NCBI GenBank assembly: GCA_007129255.1
Contig: SKVW01000180.1
Location: 1 to 56,148, forward strand
Direction of reading: 5' to 3'
Length of the DNA stretch: 56,148 nucleotides
From: Bacteroidales bacterium
Lineage (GTDB): Bacteria; Bacteroidota; Bacteroidia; Bacteroidales; UBA7960
Under the pieces are notes generated by a model. That model was given only the letters and a program-made list of their open reading frames with translations. It was not told the DNA's origin and searched no databases. The translations under genes were made by a program, and so were the position numbers. Below are positions 48,252 through 56,148 of this stretch, in pieces (position 1 is the stretch's first letter; each line of letters starts with the position of its first letter).

Positions 48252-48980
48252 ATGTTTGAGAAAATCAGTTTAAACAGGATCCTGTTTCTGGATGTGGAAA
48301 CGGTGCCCATGGCAGCCGATTATTCCGAATTGCCTGAAACATTCCAGGCATTGTGGGAGAAAAAATGCCAGCGCATAAAAACCAGTGAGGATGAAACGCC
48401 TGACAGTTTGTTTTTTGAAAAAGCCGGCATTTTTGCCGAGTTTGGAAAGACTGTCTGTGTCTCTGCAGGTTTCTTCCGGCCCGGAGAAGAAGAAGGCAGC
48501 CTGGTTTTCAGGGTAAAGTCTTATTTCGGGGATTGCGAAAAAACTTTGCTCACAGAATTTTCCCGGCTTCTGGAAGAGCACTTTAATACCCCGGCACATT
48601 TTCTTTGTGCTCACAATGGAAAAGAATTCGACTTCCCCTATCTGTCAAGGCGCATGCTTATTAATGGCCTGGATCTGCCTTTTTTGCTAAACAATCACGG
48701 AAAAAAACCCTGGGAAGTTTCTTTGCTTGATACCATGGAATTATGGAAATTCGGGGACCATAAAAATTTTACATCCCTGGCGCTCCTGGCTGCAGTTTTT
48801 AACATTCCTACCCCCAAGGACGACATTGATGGGAGCGATGTGGCAAGAGTATACTGGCAGGATAAGGATCTGGAGCGAATAGCTCTTTATTGCAGCAAAG
48901 ACGTGGTTACCACCGCCAGGTTATTCCTGAAATACTCTAATACAGGCGCCCTGCCTGATGATAACATTCTTTTCCTGTAA
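48252..48980 (+). CDS. DEDD 3'-5' exonuclease related to the PolB exonuclease domain
   Basis: FLDVET (Exo I), AHNGKEFDFP (Exo II) and YCSKDV (Exo III) motifs. Confidence 0.9.
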   Translation: MFEKISLNRILFLDVETVPMAADYSELPETFQALWEKKCQRIKTSEDETPDSLFFEKAGIFAEFGKTVCVSAGFFRPGEEEGSLVFRVKSYFGDCEKTLLTEFSRLLEEHFNTPAHFLCAHNGKEFDFPYLSRRMLINGLDLPFLLNNHGKKPWEVSLLDTMELWKFGDHKNFTSLALLAAVFNIPTPKDDIDGSDVARVYWQDKDLERIALYCSKDVVTTARLFLKYSNTGALPDDNILFL

Positions 48981-48992
48981 ATCCTGTTTTTA

Positions 48993-50492
48993 ATGAGTAA
49001 ATCTTTGACCCCTAAACCTTTTTTATCCAAATCTACTTTTATTCGTGGGCTGCAATGCGAAAAGTCCTTGTATCTGCACAAAAAAAGACCATTTCTTCGC
49101 GATAAACTTTCGCCAGAGCAAAGGGCTAAATTCTCCCGTGGTTTGGATGTGGGTCTTTTTGCACAGCAATTGTATCCCGGTGGGGTGGATGCTTCCCCCC
49201 AGAGCCATTTTCAAATTGCAGCAGCCGTTAAAAAAACTGCCGAATTGATTGCCGGGGGGCAGGAAATCATTTATGAGGCAGCTTTTCAGTATATGGGGGT
49301 AAGGGTTGCACTGGATATACTTGTAAAAGAGAACGGACAGTGGAAGGCTGTTGAGGTAAAAAGCAGCAAAGCCATATCCGACACCTACCTGTGGGACGCC
49401 TCTTTGCAATATTTTGTCATAACCGGGGCCGGGATCCGGCTCAATGATTTTCATATTGCCTATATGAATGATAATTTTATCAGAAAAGGAGCGATTGATA
49501 TTCACCTGCTTTTTCACTCTGAGAGTGTTTTTGATGAAATTTTAAAAAGGCAGCCTGAAGTAGAAAAGAAGGTTGAAAGTTTAAGGGAAGTTTCCGGTTT
49601 GAAAAGCTCTCCTGATATTCCGATAGGAACTCATTGCCGGAATCCTTATCCCTGTGATTTTATTGGCCATTGCTGGAAAAAAGTTCCTGATGGATCTGTT
49701 TTTCAGCTAAAAGCCCTTGATGAAACTAAAAAGTTCGAATATTTTCATCAGGGTATTCAAACAGCCGAAGCCTTGCCTGAAGAGTTAATTCATGAAGAAA
49801 ACCTTCGGCTGCAAATTCAGAGCATTAAAGAGAAACGGGTTATTACCAAACCTTCTTCTTTAAAAGAATACCATGGGATTTTTGAAAAACCTCACGCTTT
49901 TGTTTCTTCCCTTTCGTTTTCTCCGGCAATCCCTCCCTTTGATAACGTAAAGCCCTACCAGCCATTGGCGTTTTCTTTAGGAGTAAAGGCAGGTGATCAG
50001 GGCCAGGATCCTCCAAAATTTTTTATGGCTGTGCCTGGGGCTCCAATGCCCCTTGATGTTATCCGGGGCTTTTTTGACTCCCTGGAAGGATTTGAACAAA
50101 TCATGGTTTTTGATGGAGCAAAGGAATTAAAAGCATGGAAACAAATGATTTCCGGGGATAATCATCTGGCTGGGAAATTGGATACCCTTTCGGAAAAGCT
50201 TTTTGACATTGGCTTGCCTTTTAGGGATTACCGAATATTCTGGGCCCATATGAGCGAATGCCATAGCCCCGAAACCATTTTGAAATCCATGGGGTTTAAT
50301 GCCAGGGCAGCCAATGGCAGAGTGAAATCGCCACTTGAGGCGGCTTTGCTTTTTGCAAAGCTTACCCCTGAAACAGAAGAAGAGGCCAACGCAAACCACC
50401 TGAAAGACATAAAGGAATATCACTACAACGAATTGAGCTTTTTAAGAGAAATGGCAGGTGTTTTAAAAGAATTATCAGCCAATTCCATGTAA
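48993..50492 (+). CDS. DUF2779-type protein: Cas4/AddB-like PD-(D/E)xK nuclease with 4 Cys plus a degenerate C-terminal domain
   Basis: LSKS.F..GLQC, DILV..EVKSS, Q.FV, CRNPYPCDFIGHC and AIP.F...PYQ segments. Confidence 0.78.
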   Translation: MSKSLTPKPFLSKSTFIRGLQCEKSLYLHKKRPFLRDKLSPEQRAKFSRGLDVGLFAQQLYPGGVDASPQSHFQIAAAVKKTAELIAGGQEIIYEAAFQYMGVRVALDILVKENGQWKAVEVKSSKAISDTYLWDASLQYFVITGAGIRLNDFHIAYMNDNFIRKGAIDIHLLFHSESVFDEILKRQPEVEKKVESLREVSGLKSSPDIPIGTHCRNPYPCDFIGHCWKKVPDGSVFQLKALDETKKFEYFHQGIQTAEALPEELIHEENLRLQIQSIKEKRVITKPSSLKEYHGIFEKPHAFVSSLSFSPAIPPFDNVKPYQPLAFSLGVKAGDQGQDPPKFFMAVPGAPMPLDVIRGFFDSLEGFEQIMVFDGAKELKAWKQMISGDNHLAGKLDTLSEKLFDIGLPFRDYRIFWAHMSECHSPETILKSMGFNARAANGRVKSPLEAALLFAKLTPETEEEANANHLKDIKEYHYNELSFLREMAGVLKELSANSM

Positions 50493-50579
50493 AGAATCCT
50501 GAAGTCTTTGTAAATCAAGGCATGCAAGTTTTGTTAATATTATTTTCATTTTTTTATTGTAAGCCGCAGTTTGATTTCT

Positions 50580-50587
50580 TACTTTTG
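50580..50587 (+). promoter_or_regulatory. -7 promoter box (TACTTTTG) 4 nt before the dnaB ATG
   Basis: TACTTTTG-AAAC-ATG. Confidence 0.55.
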
Positions 50588-50591
50588 AAAC

Positions 50592-52124
50592 ATGGAAGAA
50601 AAGGATCAAAAAAAGCGGGAAACCTCTACCAGAAGAGGAAAAAGAAGTTCATTGTCATTTGATTATTCGGATCACGGAAGGGTCCCACCGCAGGCAACCG
50701 ACCTTGAGGAAGCCGTGCTCGGTGCCATGATGCTTGAGCAGAACGCACTGACCAATGTCATTGATATTCTGAAACCGGCGGTTTTTTATAAAGAGGCCCA
50801 TCAGAAAATTTTTTCCGCCATTTTTGACCTTTTTTCCGATTCCCATCCCGTAGATATTCTTACTGTAACCCAGGAACTAAAAAAAAGGGGAGAGTTGGAT
50901 ATGGTAGGCGGAGCCTATTATATTTCCATGCTGACCAACCGGGTGGCTTCCGCCGCCAATGTTGAATACCATGCCCGCATTGTGCTGCAGAAATTCCTGC
51001 AAAGGGAATTGATCCGCATCAGTTCGGATATCATTAAAGAATCATACGAAGATGCTACGGATGTTTTTGACACCCTCGACAGGGCGGAGAGAGAACTTTT
51101 TGCCGTAAGTGAAACCAACCTTCGACGCAGTTTTGAAGATATGCATTCCCTGGTCAAGGATGCCGTAAAACAGATTGAAAGTGCCAAAAACCAGGATGGC
51201 CATATTAGCGGAATCCCAAGTGGCTTTTCCGATCTTGACCGGGTTACGGCTGGATGGCAGAAATCCGACCTGGTGGTTATGGCTGCTCGCCCCGGTATGG
51301 GTAAAACCGCTTTTGTGCTTTCCATGGCCCGCAATATGGCGGTTGATTTTAAAAAACCCATTGCTGTTTTTTCCCTGGAAATGTCAGGGGTACAGCTTGT
51401 TACCCGACTCATTGCCAGTGAAACCGAACTGGAGGCCGATAAACTCAAGCGCGGGCAACTCGAGCAATACGAATGGGAACAACTCAACTCCCGCCTGAAT
51501 ACCCTTACCGAAGCGCCATTATTTATTGATGATACCCCGGCGTTGTCAATTTTTGAATTAAGGGCAAAGTGCCGGCGCCTCAAGGCACAGCATAATATTC
51601 AACTGGCTATTGTGGATTACCTGCAACTTATGTCCGCTGGCAACGATAATAACCGCGGAAACCGTGAGCAGGAGATCAGCAACATTTCCCGCTCCATGAA
51701 AAGTCTGGCCAAAGAGTTGAACATTCCCATTATTGCACTTTCTCAGCTAAGCCGGGCAGTGGAAACCAGGGGTGGATCCAAGCGTCCCATTCTTTCTGAT
51801 CTTCGCGAATCCGGGGCAATTGAGCAGGATGCCGATATGGTGCTGTTCATCTATCGCCCGGAGTATTACCAGATACTGGAGGATGAGCAGGGCAACAGTA
51901 CCGAAGGCCTTGCCCAGATCATTATTGCAAAACACCGAAATGGCGGACTTGCGGATATCAACCTCCGGTTCATCACCCAGTTTGCCAAATTTACCGATTA
52001 TGGTACGGATGAATATGAATTCTCTGGTGAAATGAAACCTTCCGATTCATTCGAAAAAGGCTCCAATACCATGACCCTGCCTTCCAAAATGAATGATATG
52101 GATGAGGATGATGTGCCTTTCTAA
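50592..52124 (+). CDS. dnaB: Replicative DNA helicase
   Basis: N-terminal PPQ..E.AVLG, AARPGMGKT, FSLEM, IVDYLQL, SQLSR, LSDLRESGAIEQDAD and AKHRNG motifs. Confidence 0.99.
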   Translation: MEEKDQKKRETSTRRGKRSSLSFDYSDHGRVPPQATDLEEAVLGAMMLEQNALTNVIDILKPAVFYKEAHQKIFSAIFDLFSDSHPVDILTVTQELKKRGELDMVGGAYYISMLTNRVASAANVEYHARIVLQKFLQRELIRISSDIIKESYEDATDVFDTLDRAERELFAVSETNLRRSFEDMHSLVKDAVKQIESAKNQDGHISGIPSGFSDLDRVTAGWQKSDLVVMAARPGMGKTAFVLSMARNMAVDFKKPIAVFSLEMSGVQLVTRLIASETELEADKLKRGQLEQYEWEQLNSRLNTLTEAPLFIDDTPALSIFELRAKCRRLKAQHNIQLAIVDYLQLMSAGNDNNRGNREQEISNISRSMKSLAKELNIPIIALSQLSRAVETRGGSKRPILSDLRESGAIEQDADMVLFIYRPEYYQILEDEQGNSTEGLAQIIIAKHRNGGLADINLRFITQFAKFTDYGTDEYEFSGEMKPSDSFEKGSNTMTLPSKMNDMDEDDVPF

Positions 52125-52172
52125 AGGTTAAAATCTCAAAAGGTTTTTGAACTTTTTCCTATCTTTATAAGT

Positions 52173-52202
52173 AGGCATTCTTTTTGCAGAATAAGAATGC
52201 CT
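52173..52202 (+). terminator. Hairpin after dnaB (possible terminator)
   Basis: AGGCATTCTT...AAGAATGCCT 10-bp stem followed by a T-rich tract. Confidence 0.5.
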
Positions 52203-52243
52203 TTGATTCGTTTTTTAGATAGTCAATCCAAATTTTTTTTGAA

Positions 52244-53518
52244 ATGAAAAAACTGATCCTCATATTTCTTTTCGCTTTTGTTCACCTGACAGTCCATTCT
52301 GCACAAATTCTTATTCCCATGGATGATTCACAGCAGAATCATTTGAAAGCATACGGAATAGCATACTTTGTTTTAACCCATGATGTGGAGGTAAGCTGGC
52401 TGTTGAATTACCGGGGAGGGAGTTTTATGTTTGAGCACCATCCGGAGGTTGAGGAAGAATGTGTGATTCGGGGCATAAGTTACCAGGTGATTGCGGATGT
52501 GCAGGCAGGAGCTATTTTGCAGGAAATTGCCAACACGGAAGTTAACAAAGAAGAGATCCGCCTGCATAAAGTGCCAAGAATTGCGGTTTATACCCCTCCC
52601 AACAGTTTGCCCTGGGATGATGCCGTAACCCTGGCCCTTACCTATGCCGAAATTCCTTACGATGAGGTGTATGATGAGGAAGTGCTGGATGGAAAACTTC
52701 CTTTATATGATTGGTTGCACCTGCATCATGAGGATTTTACCGGGCAGTTCGGGAAATTCTGGCGTGCCTATCGCAACCATGACTGGTACAAAGAGGATGT
52801 GCGCCTTGCAGAGGAAATGGCGCGGCGGCTGGGTTATTCACAGGTAGCCGACCTGAAACTGGATGTGGCCAAACGCATCAGGGACTTTGTTGCCGGTGGG
52901 GGGTATATGTTTGCCATGTGTTCTGCTCCTGAAAGTATAGATATTGCCTTGGCCGCAGAAGGCGTAGACATCCTTCATGAGGTGTATAACGGCACCCCCC
53001 CTGACCCCAGCGCACAGGAAAAACTTGACTTTAGCCGAACTTTCGCTTTTCAAAACTTTAAAATAATACCGGATCCAAATATTTACGAAAAATCCAATAT
53101 TGATGTGCCCAAAACAGGACGCAGCGAAACCACCGACTTTTTTTCCCTTTTTGAGTTTTCGGCCAAATGGGATCCGGTACCTACCATGCTTACCCAAAAC
53201 CATAAAACCCTGGTAAAGGGCTTTATGGGGCAAACAACCGCTTTTCGTCATGAGGTGATCAAACCCACGGTTACGATCCTGGGGGAAAACCGCTCAAAAA
53301 ATGAAGCCAGGTATATTCATGGAACTTTGGGAAACGGCACCTTTACTTTTCTCGGAGGGCATGATCCGGAAGATTACCGGCATTTTGTGGGGGATCCCCC
53401 AACTGATCTGAATCTTTTCCCTAACTCACCGGGATATCGGTTGATCCTGAACAACGTTCTGTTTCCGGCTGCAAGAAAACAAAAGCAAAAAACCCAGTTA
53501 TCAGGCTTTGGGCTTTGA
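52244..53518 (+). CDS. Conserved exported Bacteroidota protein (family often labelled 'asparagine synthetase B'; true function unknown)
   Basis: Signal peptide; HLKAYG, WLHLHHEDFTGQ, FAMCSA, GGHDPEDY and LILNNVLFPAA segments. Confidence 0.75.
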   Translation: MKKLILIFLFAFVHLTVHSAQILIPMDDSQQNHLKAYGIAYFVLTHDVEVSWLLNYRGGSFMFEHHPEVEEECVIRGISYQVIADVQAGAILQEIANTEVNKEEIRLHKVPRIAVYTPPNSLPWDDAVTLALTYAEIPYDEVYDEEVLDGKLPLYDWLHLHHEDFTGQFGKFWRAYRNHDWYKEDVRLAEEMARRLGYSQVADLKLDVAKRIRDFVAGGGYMFAMCSAPESIDIALAAEGVDILHEVYNGTPPDPSAQEKLDFSRTFAFQNFKIIPDPNIYEKSNIDVPKTGRSETTDFFSLFEFSAKWDPVPTMLTQNHKTLVKGFMGQTTAFRHEVIKPTVTILGENRSKNEARYIHGTLGNGTFTFLGGHDPEDYRHFVGDPPTDLNLFPNSPGYRLILNNVLFPAARKQKQKTQLSGFGL

Positions 53519-54010
53519 TTTCTTTTTATATGTCATGAAAGCGTAAGTGTAATTGTTTTTTTCATCTGGAGAGAAATCCACCCTTTCCACCAGCTCCCAT
53601 TTCTCCGGATCTATTTCCGGGAAAAAGGTATCCCCCTCAAAAGTGGCAAAAATCCTGGTGAGATATATTCTCCGGGTATAATGTAAATCAATGGCCTGCT
53701 CATAAATTTCAGCACCCCCGGCAATAAAAACCTCTTCCTTTTTGTCTTTTAACATCCTGATGGCTTCTTTCAGGCTGGAGGCAGTCAGGCATCCCTGTGC
53801 ATCGTAATCTTTTTGTCTGGTGAGCACGATGGTAGTTCTTCCTTTTAAGGGCTTGCCAATGGATTCAAAGGTTTTACGGCCCATGATCAGGGTGTGCCCC
53901 ATGGTCAGGTTTTTAAAATGCTTCAGGTCGGCCGGCAAATGCCACACCAATTGGTTTTCATTCCCGATTACGTTATTATTGGCTACTGCTGCTACGATTG
54001 AAAGTTTCAT
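53501..54010 (-). CDS. folA: Dihydrofolate reductase
   Basis: N.VIG..N.L.W.LP.DL..FK, IMGRKTFESI, GGAEIY and GDTFFP motifs; downstream of thyA. Confidence 0.96.
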   Translation of the reverse strand: MKLSIVAAVANNNVIGNENQLVWHLPADLKHFKNLTMGHTLIMGRKTFESIGKPLKGRTTIVLTRQKDYDAQGCLTASSLKEAIRMLKDKKEEVFIAGGAEIYEQAIDLHYTRRIYLTRIFATFEGDTFFPEIDPEKWELVERVDFSPDEKNNYTYAFMTYKKKSKPKA

Positions 54011-54053
54011 GTCAGAGTTTTTTATGCCTGAACAAGCTAAAAAAGAGAACCCG

Positions 54054-54845
54054 TTAAACGGCAACCGGTGCTTTTATATGAGGATGAGGCTCATAGCCGG
54101 TTAATTCAAAATCGGAATATTCAAAGGTAAAAATATCTTTTTTGTCAGGGTTGATCTTCATATGAGGTAACGGCCCTGGTTTACGGGTGAGTTGCAACCT
54201 TGCCTGATCAAGATGGTTCAGGTAAAGATGCGCATCTCCAAAGCTATGGATAAACTCACCGGGTTTAAGATCGCAAACCTGGGCAACCATAAGGGTAAGC
54301 AAAGCATAAGAAGCAATGTTAAAGGGCACTCCCAGAAAAATGTCGGCACTTCGCTGGTAAAGCTGGCAGGAGAGCTTTCCCTTTGCCACATAAAACTGGA
54401 ACAAAACATGGCAGGGCGCTAAGGCCATTTCAGGAAGCTGGCCCACATTCCAGGCACTGATAAGCAATCTGCGAGAGTCGGGGTTGGTTTTGATCTGGCG
54501 GATCAATTCGCTGATCTGGTCAATATTTTTCCCATTATGTGGCCAGGAACGCCATTGAGCACCGTAAACCGGCCCAAGATTTCCCTCCGCATCTGCCCAT
54601 TCGTCCCATATGGAAACCCCGTTTTCCTTAAGATACCTGATGTTGGTGTCTCCTTGCAAAAACCAAAGCAACTCGTGGATGATGGATCTGAGGTGAAGTT
54701 TCTTGGTGGTTACCAGGGGAAAACCTTCAGACAGATCAAAGCGCATCTGGTAGCCAAAAACACTGATGGTGCCGGTACCGGTGCGGTCATCTTTGTTTAC
54801 CCCGTTTTGCAGCACGTGATCCAGAAGTTTAAGATATTGGTTCAT
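54054..54845 (-). CDS. thyA: Thymidylate synthase
   Basis: DRTGTGT, ELLWFL, GPVYG.QWR, LAPCH and [14 protein letters not shown] motifs. Confidence 0.98.
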   Translation of the reverse strand: MNQYLKLLDHVLQNGVNKDDRTGTGTISVFGYQMRFDLSEGFPLVTTKKLHLRSIIHELLWFLQGDTNIRYLKENGVSIWDEWADAEGNLGPVYGAQWRSWPHNGKNIDQISELIRQIKTNPDSRRLLISAWNVGQLPEMALAPCHVLFQFYVAKGKLSCQLYQRSADIFLGVPFNIASYALLTLMVAQVCDLKPGEFIHSFGDAHLYLNHLDQARLQLTRKPGPLPHMKINPDKKDIFTFEYSDFELTGYEPHPHIKAPVAV

Positions 54846-54885
54846 GGCATTAAAGTTAGCAATGCTTTTTTTCTTAACAAAAGAA

Positions 54886-56148
54886 TTAACCCAATATCAT
54901 TCCCACAATGGTTGCACTCATCAATCCGGCCAGCGTTCCACCAAGCAGGGCACGCATTCCAAATTTGGAGAGCAATACCTTTCTTGTGGGGGCCAGGGAA
55001 CCGATACCACCGATCTGGATGCCGATACTGGCGAAGTTGGCAAATCCGCAAAGCAAATAGGTAGCCATGATGATGGATTTTGGATCGGCAAATGCCCCGG
55101 CTTCCTTCAATTCTGCCAGGCTTACATATCCGATGAATTCGGTCATGATGATCTTTTCTCCAAGCAGCCTTCCCACAAGGGTGATATCCGGCAGGCTGAC
55201 CCCGATTAACCACATAATTGGAGCAAAGGTATATCCAAGGATAAACTGCAGGGATAAATCCTGGTAACGGCCGTCAGTTGCTTCGGCAATTAAAGGGTTG
55301 AGGTTGGCAAAATCACCGATTTTACCTACAATAAAGTTGAACATGGCAATGAAAGCCAGAAATACCAAAAGCATCGCTGCTACATTGGCAGCAAGTCTAA
55401 GACCTTCACCGGCTCCGTTGGTAATGGAGTCCAGAACGTTATCCCCGATTTTTTCCCTGGAAATCTCCATGGTCTTGTCCACTTCCTCGGTTTGGGGATA
55501 TAAAACTTTGGTAATTACCACAGCTCCCGGAGCCGCCATAATAGAGGCAGCAAGAAGGTGCTGGGCAAATATAAGCCGTTGCACCGGGTCGTCCCCACCA
55601 AGAAAACCGATATAAGCAGCCAATACTCCTCCGGCCAGGGTAGCCATCCCCCCGGTCATTACCAGCAGGATCTCCGATTTGGTCATATCGGGAAGGTAGG
55701 CTTTGATCATCAGGGGCGATTCGGTTTGGCCAAGAAAAATATTCCCGGCTACTGAAAGGCTTTCTGCTCCTGAAAGTTTCATGGCTTTTGACATGAGCCA
55801 GGCCAGGCCATATACAACTTTCTGGATGATACCCAGGTAAAATAACAAGCTGGTAAGGGCAGAGAAAAAGATGATGGTAGGCAACACCTGGAAGGCAAAG
55901 ATATAACCAAACCTTTCTGTATCCAGGAATCCTTCAAAAAGAAAATCCGTCCCAGCCTTGGTAAAATCAAGGATTACCACGAAAACCGATCCGATCATTT
56001 CAAAAAAATACTGAACCGCCGGCACCTGCAGCACCCCAATAGCTAATAAAACCTGAGCAGACAAACCAATGCCCACTATTTTCCAGGAAATGGCCCTGCG
56101 GTTGGCACTGAAGATCCAGGCGATACCTATCAAAACAAACATACCCAG
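54886..56148 (-). CDS. Concentrative nucleoside transporter (NupC/CNT family), 5'-truncated by the window edge
   Basis: [31 protein letters not shown] and [16 protein letters not shown] motifs. Confidence 0.93.
   Translation of the reverse strand: MGMFVLIGIAWIFSANRRAISWKIVGIGLSAQVLLAIGVLQVPAVQYFFEMIGSVFVVILDFTKAGTDFLFEGFLDTERFGYIFAFQVLPTIIFFSALTSLLFYLGIIQKVVYGLAWLMSKAMKLSGAESLSVAGNIFLGQTESPLMIKAYLPDMTKSEILLVMTGGMATLAGGVLAAYIGFLGGDDPVQRLIFAQHLLAASIMAAPGAVVITKVLYPQTEEVDKTMEISREKIGDNVLDSITNGAGEGLRLAANVAAMLLVFLAFIAMFNFIVGKIGDFANLNPLIAEATDGRYQDLSLQFILGYTFAPIMWLIGVSLPDITLVGRLLGEKIIMTEFIGYVSLAELKEAGAFADPKSIIMATYLLCGFANFASIGIQIGGIGSLAPTRKVLLSKFGMRALLGGTLAGLMSATIVGMILG

Noticed and set aside
48993-50492. 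CRISPR-Cas locus suggested by the Cas4-like nuclease
   Set aside because: No cas1 or cas2, no effector genes and no repeat-spacer array seen in the window

Overview
Core-genome window from a Bacteroidota (most likely Bacteroidales) bacterium. The assignment rests on TAnnTTTG -7 promoter boxes, A-rich start regions without Shine-Dalgarno (SD) sequences, a T9SS plug (DUF5103)-like gene and typical gene sets. About 55 CDS are supported. They include pdxH, an HldE-type kinase, aspC, a complete nqrA-F operon with a CDF transporter and apbE, rpsF-rpsR-rplI, rplU-rpmA, serS, rsmA, lysC, dnaK, rpmB, aroE, DUF368, comA, ffh, folD, queE, dnaB, folA, thyA and a partial nupC. I saw no tRNA, rRNA, CRISPR array or mobile element. 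Most interesting observations: (1) a second, separately expressed DnaB homologue that lacks the N-terminal domain, arginine finger and ssDNA-binding motif, beside an orphan SiaC gene and a CarH-like B12 photoreceptor/ECF sigma pair; (2) a PP2C pseudophosphatase-TM-LysM fusion; (3) a Cas4-like Fe-S nuclease/DUF2779 protein with a degenerate exonuclease domain next to an intact DEDD exonuclease; (4) a probable NqrM-like four-Cys microprotein facing apbE; (5) regulatory oddities: a sigma54-type dnaK promoter with TGTCA/TGACA repeats, probable leaderless dnaB and TonB-receptor mRNAs, a lone strong SD before rplI, and a promoter box overlapping the nqrF stop codon and terminator. All family assignments come from motif recognition by eye, not database searches.
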